From: Malacoraja senta | Lineage: Eukaryota | Reading direction: 5' to 3' | Assembly (NCBI GenBank): GCA_038087875.1 | Contig: CM075992.1 | Coordinates: 5,148,001-5,212,000, forward strand | Length of the DNA: 64,000 bases | Made by a program: the position numbers and the translations under genes | Shown: positions 51,169 through 64,000 of the stretch, one piece after another | How positions within the stretch are numbered: the first letter of the stretch is position 1 | Layout: the number at the start of each line of letters is the position of its first letter | Notes under the pieces: generated by a model | The model's input: only the letters and a program-made list of their open reading frames with translations | What the model was told of the DNA's origin: nothing | Database searches by the model: none

Positions 51169-52819
51169 CTGGAGAGGGGAGAGAAACGCAAACGGGATGA
51201 GCCAGGCTGCCAAGCAGGCATGGTCAGGGCACCAATGCATGCAGAGATTGGAGCATCCCTGTCATTCAGTGTAGCGGAGAAATCGCACGTGCATACGCGG
51301 GTGGGTGCAGGAATGCGTGTGCACGTGTTTGCATGTTATGTATGGGTACATGCATGTTTGGCTGCATGTATGTGCATGCACGTGGACAAGTAGGAATAAG
51401 GAACTGCAGATGCTGGTTTACAAAAGAAGGCACAGAGTGCTGGAGTAATTTAGCAGATCAGGCAGTGCCTCAGGCAGTCTTAAGAAGTGTCCTGACCGTA
51501 AACATTTCCGATCTATGTTCTCCTGAAATGCTGCCAGACTTTGTGTCTTCTCACGTGGATGAGTGCGTGTGTGTGTGTGCGCGCGAGAGTGAGAGTGTGT
51601 AGCATTTGCGTATATCTCCGTAGGAAGGAACTGCAGATGCTGGTTTAAATCGAAGATAGACAAAAAGCTGGAGTAACTCAGTGGGACAGGCAACATCTCT
51701 GGAGAGAAGGAATGGGTGACGTTTCCGATTGAGGATAGTCTCGACCCAAAAACGTCACCCATTCCTTCTCTCCAGAGATGCTGCCTGTGGGTTTCGGCCC
51801 AAAACGTTGCCCATTTCCTTCGCTCCATAGATGCTGCCGCACCCGCTGAGTTTCTCCAGCATTTTTGTCTACCTTCGATTTTCCAGCATCTGCAGTTCCT
51901 TCTTAAACATGCTGCCTGTCCTACTGAGTTACTCCAGCACTTTGTGTTTGTGTGTGAATATCAGTATGAATGTGCGTGTGTGTATCTTTGAAACCGGTTT
52001 TACGCGAGTAGGCTTTTGTTGGGAGTATGCGGGTGTATGTGTTTGTCTACACGTGACTTGCAGTCTGTATGAATGCGTGTCTGTATGCCACAACTATGTG
52101 CATATGGGGCCATAAGGGTGTGCGAGTGAGACTGTCTGTGGTGTGAGTGACTGCCGGGGTGTGTGCACAGCTGATTGCAAGCCCAGAGTGGCAGTGGCCA
52201 TCAAGGCTGCCAGTAAAATAATAAGCAAGAGGCAAATATCACCATCAGCCGCCAAGATCTGAGACTGACACCACCATACGTTTATTCATTACCAGCCAAA
52301 TATGTGTATGAATGAGTTACTGGATACTGGACTTTTGCCTTCCATCACAGTGAGGAGGTGTTTGGAGACTCACTGTGATGGATGTTCATGTAAATTGTGT
52401 TCATTGTGTGTCCTTTTTTTTTTTGTTGATGTTATGGCTGCAGCAACGAAATTTCGTACGAACCATGTCTGTTTGTACGACAATAAATGGTATTTATTTA
52501 TTCTTTTATTCATTTATTTAAGATGCATCGATCGAAAGAAATCCAGAAGGAAAGGATAGGAATGATGGATTCTAAAGGTAGATTCCAAAGCTACCAGTGT
52601 CATTGGAAGTAGATAAAAATGCTGGAGAAACTCAGCGGGTGAGGCAGCATCTATGGAGCGAAGGAAATAGGCAACGTTTCGGGTCGAGACCCTTCTTCAG
52701 ACGGGTAATTGTAAGTGTCCTTTCACTAATTAGGAGCTGTTTTGGGTGTGTAATGAAACAAATAAATATCCAAAACCAAATAAAAAGAGTGGTAGTGAGC
52801 AAAGGTGAGAGAGAGCAGC

Positions 52820-53478
52820 AATAGATAATAGACAATAGGTGCAGGAGTAGGCCATTCCGCCCTTCGAGCCAGCACCGCCATTCAATATGATTATGGCTGA
52901 TCATCCCCAATCAGAACCCGTTCCTGCCTTCTCCCCATATCCCCTGACTCCGTTATTTTTAAGAGCCCTATCTAGCTCTCTCTTGAAAGCATCCAGAGAA
53001 CCTGCCTCCACCGCCCTCTGAGGCAGAGAATTCCACAGACTCACCACTCTCTGTGAGAAAAAGTGTTTCCTCGTCTCCTTTCTAAATGGCTTACTCCTTA
53101 TTCTTAAACTGTGGCCCCTGGTTCTGGACTCCCCCAACATCGGGAACATGTTTCCTGCCTCTAGTGTGTCCAAGCCCTTAACAATCTTATATGTTTTAAT
53201 GAGATCCCCTCTCATCCTTCTAAACTCCAGAGTGTACCAGCCCAGCCGCTCCATTCTCTCAGCACATGACAGTCCCGCCATCCCGGGAATTAACCTTGTA
53301 AACCTACGCTGCACTCCCTCAATAGCAAGAATGTCCTTCCTCAAATTAGGGGACCAAAACTGCACACAATACTCCAGGTGTGGTCTCGCTAGGGCCCTGT
53401 ACAACTGCAGAAGGACCTCTTTGCTCCTATACTCGATTCCTCTTGTTATAAAGGCCAACATGCCATTCGCTTTCTTCG
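52820..53478 (-). mobile_element. CR1/HER1 LINE 3' fragment starting about 40 bp downstream of a NOTCH3 donor
   Basis: [16 protein letters not shown]...GYGEKAG in ORF 52901..53707; (ATTGTCT)-type tail. Confidence 0.92.
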
Positions 53479-53520
53479 CTGATGCCTGGCACAAAGGGCC
53501 AGCGTTGACCGTGGACTGAC

Positions 53521-53772
53521 CTGTGAAGCCATGCTTGCAGACGCACTGGTAGTCATTGGGCAACTGGATGCAGTCGATGGTGGTCTGCACGTTACACGGG
53601 GTCGACAGGCACTCGTTGATGTCGCCTTCGCACCGATGGCCGGTGAACCCCGGGGGGCAGTTGCAGGTGTAGCCCCCGACTCTATCCACGCAGGTCCCGT
53701 TGTTCATGCACTTGGGCGCGTTGGTGTGAGGAGACAGGCCACAGTCGTCTTCGTTAATCTCGCACAGTACCC
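53521..53772 (-). CDS. NOTCH3: NOTCH3 EGF exon ([11 protein letters not shown]...[40 protein letters not shown]...CKHGFTG)
   Basis: 252 nt with cccAG acceptor and GTCAGT donor; calcium-binding EGF signatures. Confidence 0.95.
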
Positions 53773-55038
53773 CTGGGAACAGACAAGCCCAAGTGATTCA
53801 AAGCACCCCAGGCCAGGCCAGGCCAGCCGACTGCACGTGTAGGAAGGAACTGCAGGTGCTGGTTTGCACCGAAATGCTGGAGTAATTCAGCGGGTCAGGC
53901 AGCATCTCTGGAGAGAAGGAATGGGTCAGAATCCCACTTCAGACCAACCTACAGTTCCATCTCTGCACACATCCCTGGTCTCATTGACCAGATAACACAA
54001 TACAGCACACATCCAAGCTCTTCCACCCATAAGATCCAATGCCAAGTTAATCTAATCTTCTCTGCCTGCGGGACTGCAGTAACTCTAAACAAAACTAAAG
54101 GGAGCCAAACTTTGCATGTTTGATCCAGATTTGAACAAATGTAAGTAGCCAGATCGCTGCAATTCTGCCCTTATTGTTACTTGTTGGCTGCTTGATACTT
54201 TATTGTCACAGGTACTTGGTACAGTTGCGTACAGTACAAGTATGCAACAGTCGCTACGTAAAGGGTGTCGACAGAGTTACAAAAGCATTCAATATACTCC
54301 CACTTCCTCCTCCCCCAATCACCCCCACTCCATTCCCTGTTTGTTCTTGGTGGCCCCCACACCGGGTCATAAGGTCAAAAGTGATAGGAGAAGAATTAGG
54401 CCATTCGGCCCATCAAGTCTACTCCGCCATTCAATCACGGCTGATCTATCTCTCCCTCCTAACCTCATCCTTCTGCCTACTCCCCATAAGGCACCCATAC
54501 ATACACACCCACAATTACAGCATGGAATAATCTCCACCCTACTATAGTTACCCAACCAGATGCAACTAAATTTAAGGTAGCTCTTTCTTCCCAAAAACCC
54601 TTTCTGGCTTAAGTCCTCCCTCCACCACCTCCAGTTTAAATTCCATTTGGAATATTTTGGAGGACCAAGAAACCAAGAACCAAGAAAATACCAATCAAGA
54701 ATCTATCTATCTCTGCCTTAAATATATCCACTGACTTTGCCTGCACAGCCTTCTGTGGCAAAGAATTCCACAGATTCACCACCCTCTGACTAAAGAAATT
54801 CCTCCTCATCTCCTTCCTAAAAGAATGTCTTTTAATTCTGCGGCGATGACCTCAAGTCCTAGACTCTCCCACTAGTGGAAACATCCTCCACATCCACTCT
54901 ATCCAGGCCTTTCACTATTCTGTATGTGTTTCAATGAGGTCCCCCCTCATTCTTCTAAACTCACTTTCCCTGTGATTACGTCCCACCCCACTGACTACTA
55001 CAAGTCGCTCACAATCCCTGCGATCCAGTTGGCCTTAC

Positions 55039-55171
55039 CTAGAGTTCCCGGAGGGCAGGAGCAGATGTAACGACCGATCAGGTCCAAGCAGGTGCCTCCG
55101 TTCTGGCACGGGTTGGATTCGCATTCGTTCACCTCCACCTTGCAGGTCTTGCCCTTGTAGCCCGGCGTGCA
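55039..55171 (-). CDS. NOTCH3: NOTCH3 EGF exon ([45 protein letters not shown])
   Basis: 133 nt with cacAG acceptor and GTAAGG donor. Confidence 0.95.
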
Positions 55172-55227
55172 CTGTGGGAACAAGGCCACAGTTTAGTTCG
55201 TCGGCGCGATCGCAAGGAAGCTAATAA

Positions 55228-55622
55228 TGGATCTTATAGAAACGTACAAAATTCTTAAGGGGTTGGACAGGCTAGATGCAGGAAGATTGTTCCCGATGTT
55301 GGGGAAGTTCAGGACAAGGGGTCACAGTTTAAGGATAAGGGGGAAGTCTTTTAGGACCGAGATGAGAAAAACATTTTTCACACAGAGAGTGGTGAGTCTG
55401 TGGAATTCTCTGCCACAGAAGGTAGTTGAGGCCAGTTCATTGGCTATATTTAAGAGGGAGTTAGATGTGGCCCTTGTGGCTAAAGGGATCAGGGGTTATG
55501 GAGAGAAGGCAGGTACAGGATACTGAGTTGGATGATCAGCCATGATCATATTGAATGGCGGTGCAGGCTTGAAGGGCCGAATGGCCTACTCCTGCACCTG
55601 TTTTCTATGTTTCTATGTTTCT
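55228..55622 (+). mobile_element. CR1/HER1 LINE 3' fragment
   Basis: ORF 55227..55526; (TTTCTATG)n tail. Confidence 0.9.
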
Positions 55623-56136
55623 ATAAGGCTTCCAGTCAAACTCAGCGAGGCAGCATGATTGAGCCGTGACAATCGCAGATGATAGCTGGTGATGGAACGC
55701 GCAATAAGTGTTTCGGCCCGGAACGTTACCTATTTCCTTCGCTCCATAGATGCTGCTGCACCCGCTGAGTTTCTCCAGCATTTTTGTGTACCTGCGCAAT
55801 AAGTCATGGTGTCCACAGCCTAAACAAGTCCTTACGCCCAAGATTGACACAAAACGCTGGAGTAACTCAGCGGGACAGGCACCATCTCTGGAGAGGTGGA
55901 ATGGATGACGTTTTGAGTGGAGACCCTTGTTCAGACTGAGTCAGGTGAGAGGGAGACACAGAGATAAGGAATGATAAGGTGCGAAAATGAGCCATCAAAG
56001 GGGTTGGAGACAAGGAAAATGTAGAAACAAATCATTGTTAGCTAGAAGGTGACAACGAATGCTTGCTACACACCAATTTAGTGAAGTAATGGAGATTGTC
56101 AAGTTCCTGTTTCAGGCTTTCAGCCATTTTGCTCAC

Positions 56137-56321
56137 CTCACATCTGTAGCTCCCGATGAAGCTCCTGCAGGTGGCGCCGTTGTGACACGGGCTGGAGGCA
56201 CACTGGTCTACCTCAGTCTCACAGTAGCTGCCAGTGTAGGTCTTGGGACAGACGCAGTAATGCGTGATCCCAGCGTTGAAGCACGTGCCGCCGTGATTGC
56301 AAGGCTGGGTGACGGTCGCTC
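56137..56321 (-). CDS. NOTCH3: NOTCH3 EGF exon (GATVTQPCNHGGTCFNAGITHYCVCPKTYTGSYCETEVDQCASSPCHNGATCRSFIGSYRCE)
   Basis: 185 nt with a weak gaaAG acceptor and GTGAGC donor; phases match flanking exons. Confidence 0.92.
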
Positions 56322-57036
56322 CTTTCGTCAAAAGCAGAAACATGCATTTCAAAACAACAGCAACAAAATCTGCACGCATTTGTTCCCATATTATACAACT
56401 TTGCACTGGGCGAGAAGGTGGAATAGTGGCACAGCTAGTAGAGTTGCTGCCTCACGGCGCCAGGGAACCGAGTTCGATCCTGACTACGGGTGCTATCTCT
56501 GGGGAGTTTACACGTTCTCCATGTGCTGAAGCAAAGCAAGAATTTCATTGTCCTATCTGGGACACATGACAATAAACTCTCTTGAATCTTGAATCTCTTG
56601 AATCTTGAATCTCTTGAATCTTGACCCCATGGGTTTCCTCCGGGTACTCCAGTTTCCTAAAAATATCTGCCTTAAAAATATTCACTGACTTGGCCTCCAC
56701 AGCCTTCTGTGGCAATGAATTCCACAGATTCACCACCCTTTGACTAAAGAAATTCCTCCTCATCTACGTCCTTTTATTCTAAGGCTACGACCTCTGGTTC
56801 TAGACTCTCCCACTAGTGGAAACATCCTCTCCACATCCACTCTATCCAGGCATTCCACTATTCAGTGAGTTTCAATGAGATCCTTCTGAACCTCGGCAAC
56901 TAGAGGCCCAGTGCCGACAAACGCACGATTCCATGTCAATTATTGGTGTCGTTTCATCCTGAAGACACTGCATGCATCATCCCACCATGCACTGGTGTGG
57001 CAACACAGGACACGCAGCAACGCATGTTCCACCCAC

Positions 57037-57190
57037 CTCTCTCCAATGCAGCTGCCTCGCAGGACATGTTGGGGATGTCGCAGTAGCGCCCAGTCCAGCT
57101 GCTCGCGCACTCACAGGCGAAGGACAGCCCGGTCACTCGGCAGCGCCCGCCGTTCTTGCAGGGGAACCGGCTGCACCAGTCCGTGCTCAC
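57037..57190 (-). CDS. NOTCH3: NOTCH3 EGF exon (VSTDWCSRFPCKNGGRCRVTGLSFACECASSWTGRYCDIPNMSCEAAALER)
   Basis: 154 nt with ggcAG acceptor and GTGGGT donor. Confidence 0.94.
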
Positions 57191-57379
57191 CTGCCGGAGG
57201 AAGGGAGGACATCCCGTCAGGCGTGGAGGGCTGCGGCCTGCTGCTTTGTTGTCACAGCAGGTCCCCCTGTGGCTGCCCACTGCGCCCCCCCCCCCCCCCC
57301 TCACAGGTTTACACTGGGGGCTGGCTGAGAAACTGGGGAGCGAGAGATAGAGAGGAGGTGGTGGGAAGAGATAAATAGC

Positions 57380-57385
57380 GATAGG

Positions 57386-57450
<65 letters not shown>

Positions 57451-57802
57451 AGAAATAGAGAGTAGGAGGAGAGGTAGAGAAAGATAGAATGAAATAGAGA
57501 GATAGAGGGACAGATAAAGATTGGGTAAGGGAGAGATAGAGGAGAGAGGGAGAGGGGGAGAGAGGGAGAGAGGGAGAGAGGGAGAGGGGGAGAGGGGGAG
57601 AGAGGAAGAAAGGAAGAGAGGGGGAGAGGGGGAGAGGGGGAGGGGAGAGAGGGGGAGAGGGGGAGGGGGAGAGGGGGAGAGGGGGAGAGAGAGGGAGAGA
57701 GAGATAGAGAGAGCCTCTGAGGAGATAGAGATAGAGAGGGAACTAGAGAGAGATGGAGGGGGGGAGTTAGAAAGGGATGGAGAGAGAGATAGAGAGGGAG
57801 GA
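57380..57802. repeat. Purine-rich (GA)n/(GGA)n low-complexity tract
   Basis: Seen directly. Confidence 0.95.
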
Positions 57803-57807
57803 AAATA

Positions 57808-58576
57808 GTTGCAGGAGTAGGCCATTCGGCCCTTCGAGCCTGCACCGCCATTCAATATGATCATGGCTGATCATCCAACTCAGTATCCCATCCCTGCCTT
57901 CTCTCCATACCCCCTGATCCCTTTAGCCACAAGGGCCACATCAAACTCCCTCTTAAATATAGCCAATGAACTGGCCTCAACTACCTTCTGTGGCAGAGAA
58001 TTCCACAGATTCACCACTCTCTGTGTGAAAAATGATTTCCTCATCTCGGTCCTAAAAGTCTTCCCCCTTATCCTTAAACTGTGACCCCTAGTTCTGGACT
58101 TCCCCAACATCGGGAATAATCTTCCTGCATCTAGCCTGTCCAACCCCTTAAGAATTTTGTAAGTTTCTATAAGATCCCCCCTCAGTCTTCTGAATTCCAA
58201 CGTGTACAAGCCGAGTCTATCCAGTCTTTCCTCATATGAAAGTCCTGCCATCCCAGGAATCAGTCTGGTGAACCTTCTCTGTACTCCCTCTATGGCAAGA
58301 ATGTCTTTCCTCAGATTAGGAGACCAAAACTGTACGCAATACTCCAGGTGTGGTCTCACCAAGACCCTGTACAACTGCTGTAGAACCTCCCTGCTCTTGT
58401 ACTCAAATCCTTTTGCTATGAATGCTAACATACCATTTGCTTTCTTCACTGCCTGCTGCACCTGCATGTCTACTTTCAATGACTGGTGTACCATGACACC
58501 CAGGTCTCGCTGCACCTCCCCTTTTCCTAATCGGCCACCATTCAGATAATAGTCTGCTTTCCTGTTTTTGCCACCA
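57808..58576 (-). mobile_element. CR1/HER1 LINE 3' fragment
   Basis: GGKNRKADYYLNG...GYGEKAG within ORF 57880..58794. Confidence 0.92.
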
Positions 58577-58709
58577 GACGAGAGACAGAGAGAGTTAGAA
58601 GGGGAGATATAGAGATAGAGATGGTGGAGTAGAGAGGAGTATAGGGGGAGAGGGGGCAGGGAGATGTAATGGGGATTTAATAGAGAGATGTTGTGAGGTA
58701 GTCCCTTAC

Positions 58710-58911
58710 CTGACACCGTTCCCCAGTGTAGCCTTGGAGACAGGTACACCTGTATGACTCCAGCCCGTCCACACACACCCCACCATTCAGACACGGCTGT
58801 GAATCACACTCATCGATGTCGTGCTGACAATTGGAGCCGGCGAAACCGGTGCGGCAGCGGCAGGTGTACGCGTTAACGCCATCTGTGCAGGTCCCTCCGT
58901 TGAAGCAGGAG
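58710..58911 (-). CDS. NOTCH3: NOTCH3 EGF exon ([67 protein letters not shown])
   Basis: 202 nt, translated by hand because this frame is absent from the ORF track; ttcAG acceptor and GTAAGG donor. Confidence 0.95.
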
Positions 58912-59211
58912 CTGAAACAAGGTGCCAGACGGACGTTTGCCCTGTGACTTGGTGCAGTGCTGACTCCATCATCTCAGCCCTCAGGCAGGATGACCCATCC
59001 AACTAGTGAGAGATGCCAGCAGATAAACCAACAACAGGGCGGCACGGTGGCGCAGCGGTAGAGTTGCTGCCTTACAGCGCCAGAGACCCGGGTTTAATCC
59101 TGACCTCAGGTGCTGTCTTGTCAGGAGTTTCTATGATCTCCCTGTGACCTGCGTGGGTTTTCTCCAGGTGCTCCGGTTTCCTCCCTCACTCCAAAGACGT
59201 ACAGTTTGCAG

Positions 59212-59575
59212 GATTGTTAAGGGTTTGGACACGCTAGAGGCAGGATACATGTTCCCGATGTTGGGGGAGTCCAGAACCAGGGGCCACAGTTTAACAATAA
59301 GGAGTAAGCCATTTAGAACAGAGACGAGGAAACACTTTTTCTCACAGAGAGTGGTGAGTCTGTGGAATTCTCTGCCTCAGAGGGCGGTGGAGGCCGGTTC
59401 TCTGGATGCTTTCAAGAGAGAGCTAGATAGGGCTCTTAAAGATAGCGGAGTCAGGGGATATGGGGAGAAGGCAGGAACGGGGTACTGATTGGGGATGATC
59501 AGCCATGATCACATTGAATGGCGGTGCTGGCTCGAAGGGCCGAATGGCCTACTCCTGCACCTATTGTCTATTGTC
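59212..59575 (+). mobile_element. CR1/HER1 LINE 3' fragment inserted in a SINE
   Basis: C-terminal half of ORF 59144..59488; the SINE from 59038 resumes near 59750. Confidence 0.88.
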
Positions 59576-62477
59576 TGTTCATTCCAGTTAAGGCGCTGTG
59601 CACACGGCAGCCAGCCAATAGTCGCTTGTCTTTTTTTCTCACTTTTAATTTAATTTTAATTTCAAGTTTTCATTTACCTCGTTGTGTGTGACAGTTGTCA
59701 GACCACTTACCCTTACGGGGATGAATAAAGTTTATCGTATCACATCGTAATTGGCTTGATATCATTGTAAATTGTCCCTAGTGTGTTCGATAATGTTAAT
59801 GTACGGGTTGATCACTGGTCAGCATGGACTTGGTGGGCCGAAGGGCCTGTTTCCGTTCTCTATCTCTAGTCTAAAGTCTAAACAGCAGGATATTCTGCTG
59901 CCAATGACCTGCAGTGATATTTCTCCACAGTCAAAAGATGTTCTCAAAGAATAATCACACCTATATGGAACCCCCCACATCCATTTTAAGATATCCAATG
60001 AAGCACTTTTGAAGTGCCGCCATTGTTGCCATGTTGGAATATTATCAGTAGTCGTAGCGGTGAAGTTCAGGCAATGGATTACCTCACGATCCCCGACTTA
60101 CAGAACTAACTAATGCATTCTCTGATGTACAGAGACATCTTGGAACCCAAGTCCACAGCTCCCCGACAGTTGGATAGATCTTCGAAGGGTGCAGAGAAGG
60201 TTTACTAAGATGTTGGGCGGACTCGAGGGACTGAGCTGGGCAGATGTTGAGCAGGCTAGGGCTTTATTCCTTGGTGCGCAGGAAGATGAGGGATGATCTT
60301 ACAGAGAGGAATCCTGAGAGGAATAAATTGGGTAAACGCACAGTCTGTTGCCCAGAGTAGGGAATCGAGGTTAAGGTGAGGGGAGGAAAGGTTTAATAGG
60401 AACCTGAGGGGCAACCATTATTACACAAAGGGTAGTGGGTGTATGGAACAAGCTGCCTGAGGAGGAGGTCGTTGAAGCAGGTCCTATCGCAACGTTTAAG
60501 AAGCATTTAGACAGGTACATGGATAGGGTCGGTTTCGAAGGATGTGGGCCAAAAGCGGGCAGGTGGGACTAGTGTAAATGGGGCATGTTGGTCGGCATGG
60601 AGAAGCTGGGCCTGAAGGCCTGTTCCCACACTGTATCACTCTATGACTTAGTGAGAAAGAAGGCGTATGGTATGCCTGCCTTCATCAGCTGGTATCCTAT
60701 GAGAGTCAGGAGGTCATGTTGCAGCCTCATCGGACTTTGATTTGGCTGCATTTGGAGAACTGTGCGCAGGTGGAAATGCAGGGAATGGAGCGACAGTGAT
60801 GTGTTTAAGAAGGAACTGCAGATGCTGGAAAATCGAAGGTGCTGGAGAAACTCAGCGGGTGCAGCAGCATCTATGGAGCGAAGGAAATAGGCAACGTTTC
60901 GGGCCGAAACCCTTCTTCAGGAGCGATAGGGATCTTGTGCAGGCAAGAGGAGATAGGTTTACTTGGCAAAACTATCTGCGGCTGTCTCTAGAGAATATTA
61001 AAACTTGTTATACTTTGAGTTCATTGAGAGTCTCCCAGCAGGGAGTCCCTGCTTGTTTTCTTGGGCTGAATGAAGAGCTGTTACATCAACAGCTTCAGTC
61101 TCTGTGTGACTCACACACAGCACAGCAGTCCTGACAAGCTGGGACATACAAGCTGAAACTTGTAGCTTTAACCTCAACAGGTACTATTTCCCACTCCCTT
61201 TAAACTCACGTTGGAAAACACAAAGTGCAATAAATACATCCAGCGATATTAAAAGGAATAATATTCAATAATACATCATCGTTCCATAATCCGGAAGATC
61301 TGCTCGTCCAGCACCTAAATCCTGGGCATCCCGGATTATGGGAATGTTACTGGAGTATCAAACTGCACCTCATGTAGACTGATAGCAAAACTTGTCCGAC
61401 AGCTAGTGCACGCAAGACAAATTATTTCACACGGTTGCACAAGGCTGCAGAGCAAACAACCCCAGGCACTCAATACAACCCTGTTTAAGGGCCTGAGCTA
61501 CAGGGAGAGGTTGGGCAGTCCAGGACTTTATTCCTTGGAGCGCAGCAGGATGAAGGGTGATCCTATGGTGGCGTATATAAACATGAGGGGAGTTGAGAGG
61601 GTGAGTGCACAGTCTTTTAGCCAATGTAGGGGAAGCAAGAACCAGCGGGCATAGGTTTAAAGCGAGTAGGTTTAAGAGTGACTCTTAAGGGATATGGGGA
61701 GAAAGCAGGAACGGGGTACTGATTGTGGATGATCAGCCATGATCATATTGAATGGCGGTGCTAGCTCGAAGGGCCAAATGGCCTACTCCTGCACCTATTG
61801 TTCATTGAGAGGGTAAAGATGTGATAGGAACCTGAGGGGCAACCTTTTACACACAGGGGGTGGTGGGTTTGTGGAACGGGCTGCCAGGAGGTAGTTGAGG
61901 GTTACTACAACAAGACATTTGGACAGGTATGTGGATAAGAAAGATGTAGAGGGAAATGGACCAAATGTGGGCAGGTGGGACTAGTTTAGATGGGACATCT
62001 TGGTCGGCATGGGCAAGTTGGGCCGAAGGGCATGGTATGATTGTGGCTCCATTGTGTGAGTTGCCTCTTTAGGTACACAAACATCTCATCATTCACTCAT
62101 TCACTGACAGTACCTACCTGTAATATAACAGCAATAATTAGTGATCATTCTTGATTAATGAGATAAATAAACGTAACTGGCCTGTACATTTGAGACAAGC
62201 TGGAGGTAAGACACAAAATGCTGGAGTAACTCAGCGGGACAGGCAGCATCTCTGGAGAGACGGAATGGGTGACGGAATGGGTGACGTTTCGGGTCGAGAC
62301 CCTTCTTCATGAAGGAGGATCTTCATTATTTCAAATAGGTTGCCTTATCTTTAGCGCTACTCACGGTAATATCGTGACAGCGCCTCAAAAATGTTTCATG
62401 GGAATCACGAGAGGAATAGATTGGTAGTAGCACAGAGTCTCTTGCCCGGAGCAGAGGAATCGAGAATCAGAGATTTA

Positions 62478-62799
62478 AAGCCCTGTCCCAAGGTACGAGT
62501 TCATTCCAAGAGCTCTCCCGAGTTTAAAAAAAAAAAAAACTCGTGGTAAGCACGGAGAATGAACGTGGCGGGTACGTCGGAGCTCGGGGATGTCTCTTAG
62601 CGCTAACGGCAGGTACTCGGGAAGACTCGCTAACGGCAGGTAAGCACGGGAAGACTCGTGAAGATTTTTACAACATGATGAAAAATGTCCACGAGAGCCC
62701 CGAGTACCGACGGGCGGCCATTACCGTAAATCTCCGAGTTCGAATCAGGGCAAACTCGGTAGAACTCTTGGAATGAACTCGTACCGTGGGACAGGGCTT
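62478..62799. mobile_element. PIF/Harbinger-type MITE inserted into a LINE fragment
   Basis: AAGCCCTGTCCCAAGGTACGAGTTCATTCCAAGAG with an inverted copy at the right end; homologous to 6574-6894. Confidence 0.78.
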
Positions 62800-63143
62800 T
62801 CAAGGTGCGGGGAGAAAGACAGGGAACTGAAGGGGGGATTTTTTCACACAAAGGGTGGTAAATGTATGGAACGAGCTGCCAGAGGAGGTAGCTGAGGCAG
62901 GTACAATTGCAACATTTAAGAAACATTTGGACAGGTACATGGATAGGACAGGTTTGGAGGGATATGGGCCAAACGCAGGCAGGTGGGACTAGTGTAGATG
63001 GGACATGTTGTTCGGTGTGGGCAAGTTGGGCCGCAGCAAGACTCTATGACTCTATCTGACAGTGGAGTCATGTAGGTGTGGTTATTATTTTAGAACATCT
63101 TTTGGCAGCGGTAGGGAAGGGCAGGGTTAACTAACTGACTGAC

Positions 63144-63372
63144 CTTTCCGTGCAGTCCTGAATGTTGCTCTCGCAGTGTAGTCCATTGAAGCCAGCCTTG
63201 CAGCTGCAGGTGTAGCTGTTGACGTAATCGGCGCAGGTGCCCCCGTTGCGGCAGGGGTTGCTCTCGCACTCGTTCACCTCGTCCGAGCACCGGGCGCCCG
63301 CGAAGCCGGGCAGGCAGCTGCAGACGAACGAGTTGACGCCGTCGTGGCACGAGCCACCGTTCCCACAGGGAT
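63144..63372 (-). CDS. NOTCH3: NOTCH3 EGF exon ([76 protein letters not shown]); upstream exons lie beyond the window end
   Basis: 229 nt with ctcAG acceptor and GTCAGT donor; ORF 63131..63397. Confidence 0.95.
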
Positions 63373-63497
63373 CTGAGGGGAGGAAACAATAACCCACGCT
63401 GGCAAAAAACGGACAAACAGTAGCTCAGAGGGTCAAGCAGCATCTCTGGAGAACACGGATAGGTGGCGGTTCCCAACTCTCCCTGTAGCTCAGGCCA

Positions 63498-63780
63498 ACA
63501 GACAATAGACAATAGACAATAGGTGCAGGAGTAGGCCGTTCGGCCCTTCGAGCCAGCACCGCCATTCAATGTGATCATGGCTGATCATCCATCCTCAATC
63601 AGTACCCCGTTCCTGCCTTCTCCCCGTATCCCCTGACTCCGCAATTTTTAAGAGCCCCATCTAGCTCTCTCTTGAAAGCATCCAGAGAACCGGCCTCCAC
63701 CGCCCTCTGAGGCAGAGAATTCCACAGACTCACCACTCTCTGTGAGAAAAAGTGTTTCCTCGTCTCCGTTCTAAATGGCT
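63498..63780 (-). mobile_element. CR1/HER1 LINE 3' fragment
   Basis: Same 3' UTR as other copies; (ATTGTCT)n tail. Confidence 0.85.
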
Positions 63781-64000
63781 AAATTGGAGATGAGAGGCAG
63801 CAGGTCAGACAGCTGTGGCGATGTGCCAACCTGATTTAAGGGCAGATAATGGTAAGGTGTTGTAATTGCTGGGTTTGTTCACAGCTTATTCTCACTGCAA
63901 CTATCTTTCTTTCACTTCTTTTGAAAGAAGCCCTTATTTTATCCCCTAATAAAACAGCACAGGAAAACGCCCTTTAGCACACGATGTCTGTGCCAAGCAC

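Noticed and set aside
57880..58794. 304-aa ORF overlapping a NOTCH3 exon and a LINE, as a possible fusion protein
   Set aside because: It overlaps the EGF exon in a different frame from NOTCH3; the rest is low-complexity sequence plus CR1 ORF2.
38178..63372. Assignment as NOTCH1 or NOTCH2
   Set aside because: [41 protein letters not shown] and linkage to MAST1 all favour NOTCH3.

Overview
Eukaryotic, repeat-dense genomic DNA. The repeat content (HE1/V-SINE-like SINEs, HER1/CR1 LINEs, Penelope-like elements, Rex1/Babar and L2 fragments) points to a cartilaginous fish, probably a skate or ray; this is inference. Two multi-exon genes lie on the minus strand either side of a 200-N assembly gap (37266-37465). 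At 38178-63372 there are 14 exons of a NOTCH3 orthologue, from late EGF repeats through LNR, HD, TM and RAM to the first ankyrin repeats; its terminal ANK/PEST exons are not visible, and five single-base deletions in the gap-proximal exons look like assembly errors. At 68-15113 there are five N-terminal exons of MAST1 plus a candidate 21-nt micro-exon; its first exon was not found. The most notable non-genic signal is about 20 copies of a Penelope-associated short repeat with a minimal hammerhead-ribozyme core (CUGANGA-stem II-GAAACGU(C/U)), several arranged as fold-back pairs. Also present: Harbinger-type and hAT-type MITEs with clear target-site duplications, a 4-cysteine NOTCH3 EGF repeat, tandemly duplicated decoy splice donors, and a strong antisense bias of SINE insertions. 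All identifications come from manual translation and recalled family sequences; no database searches were run.
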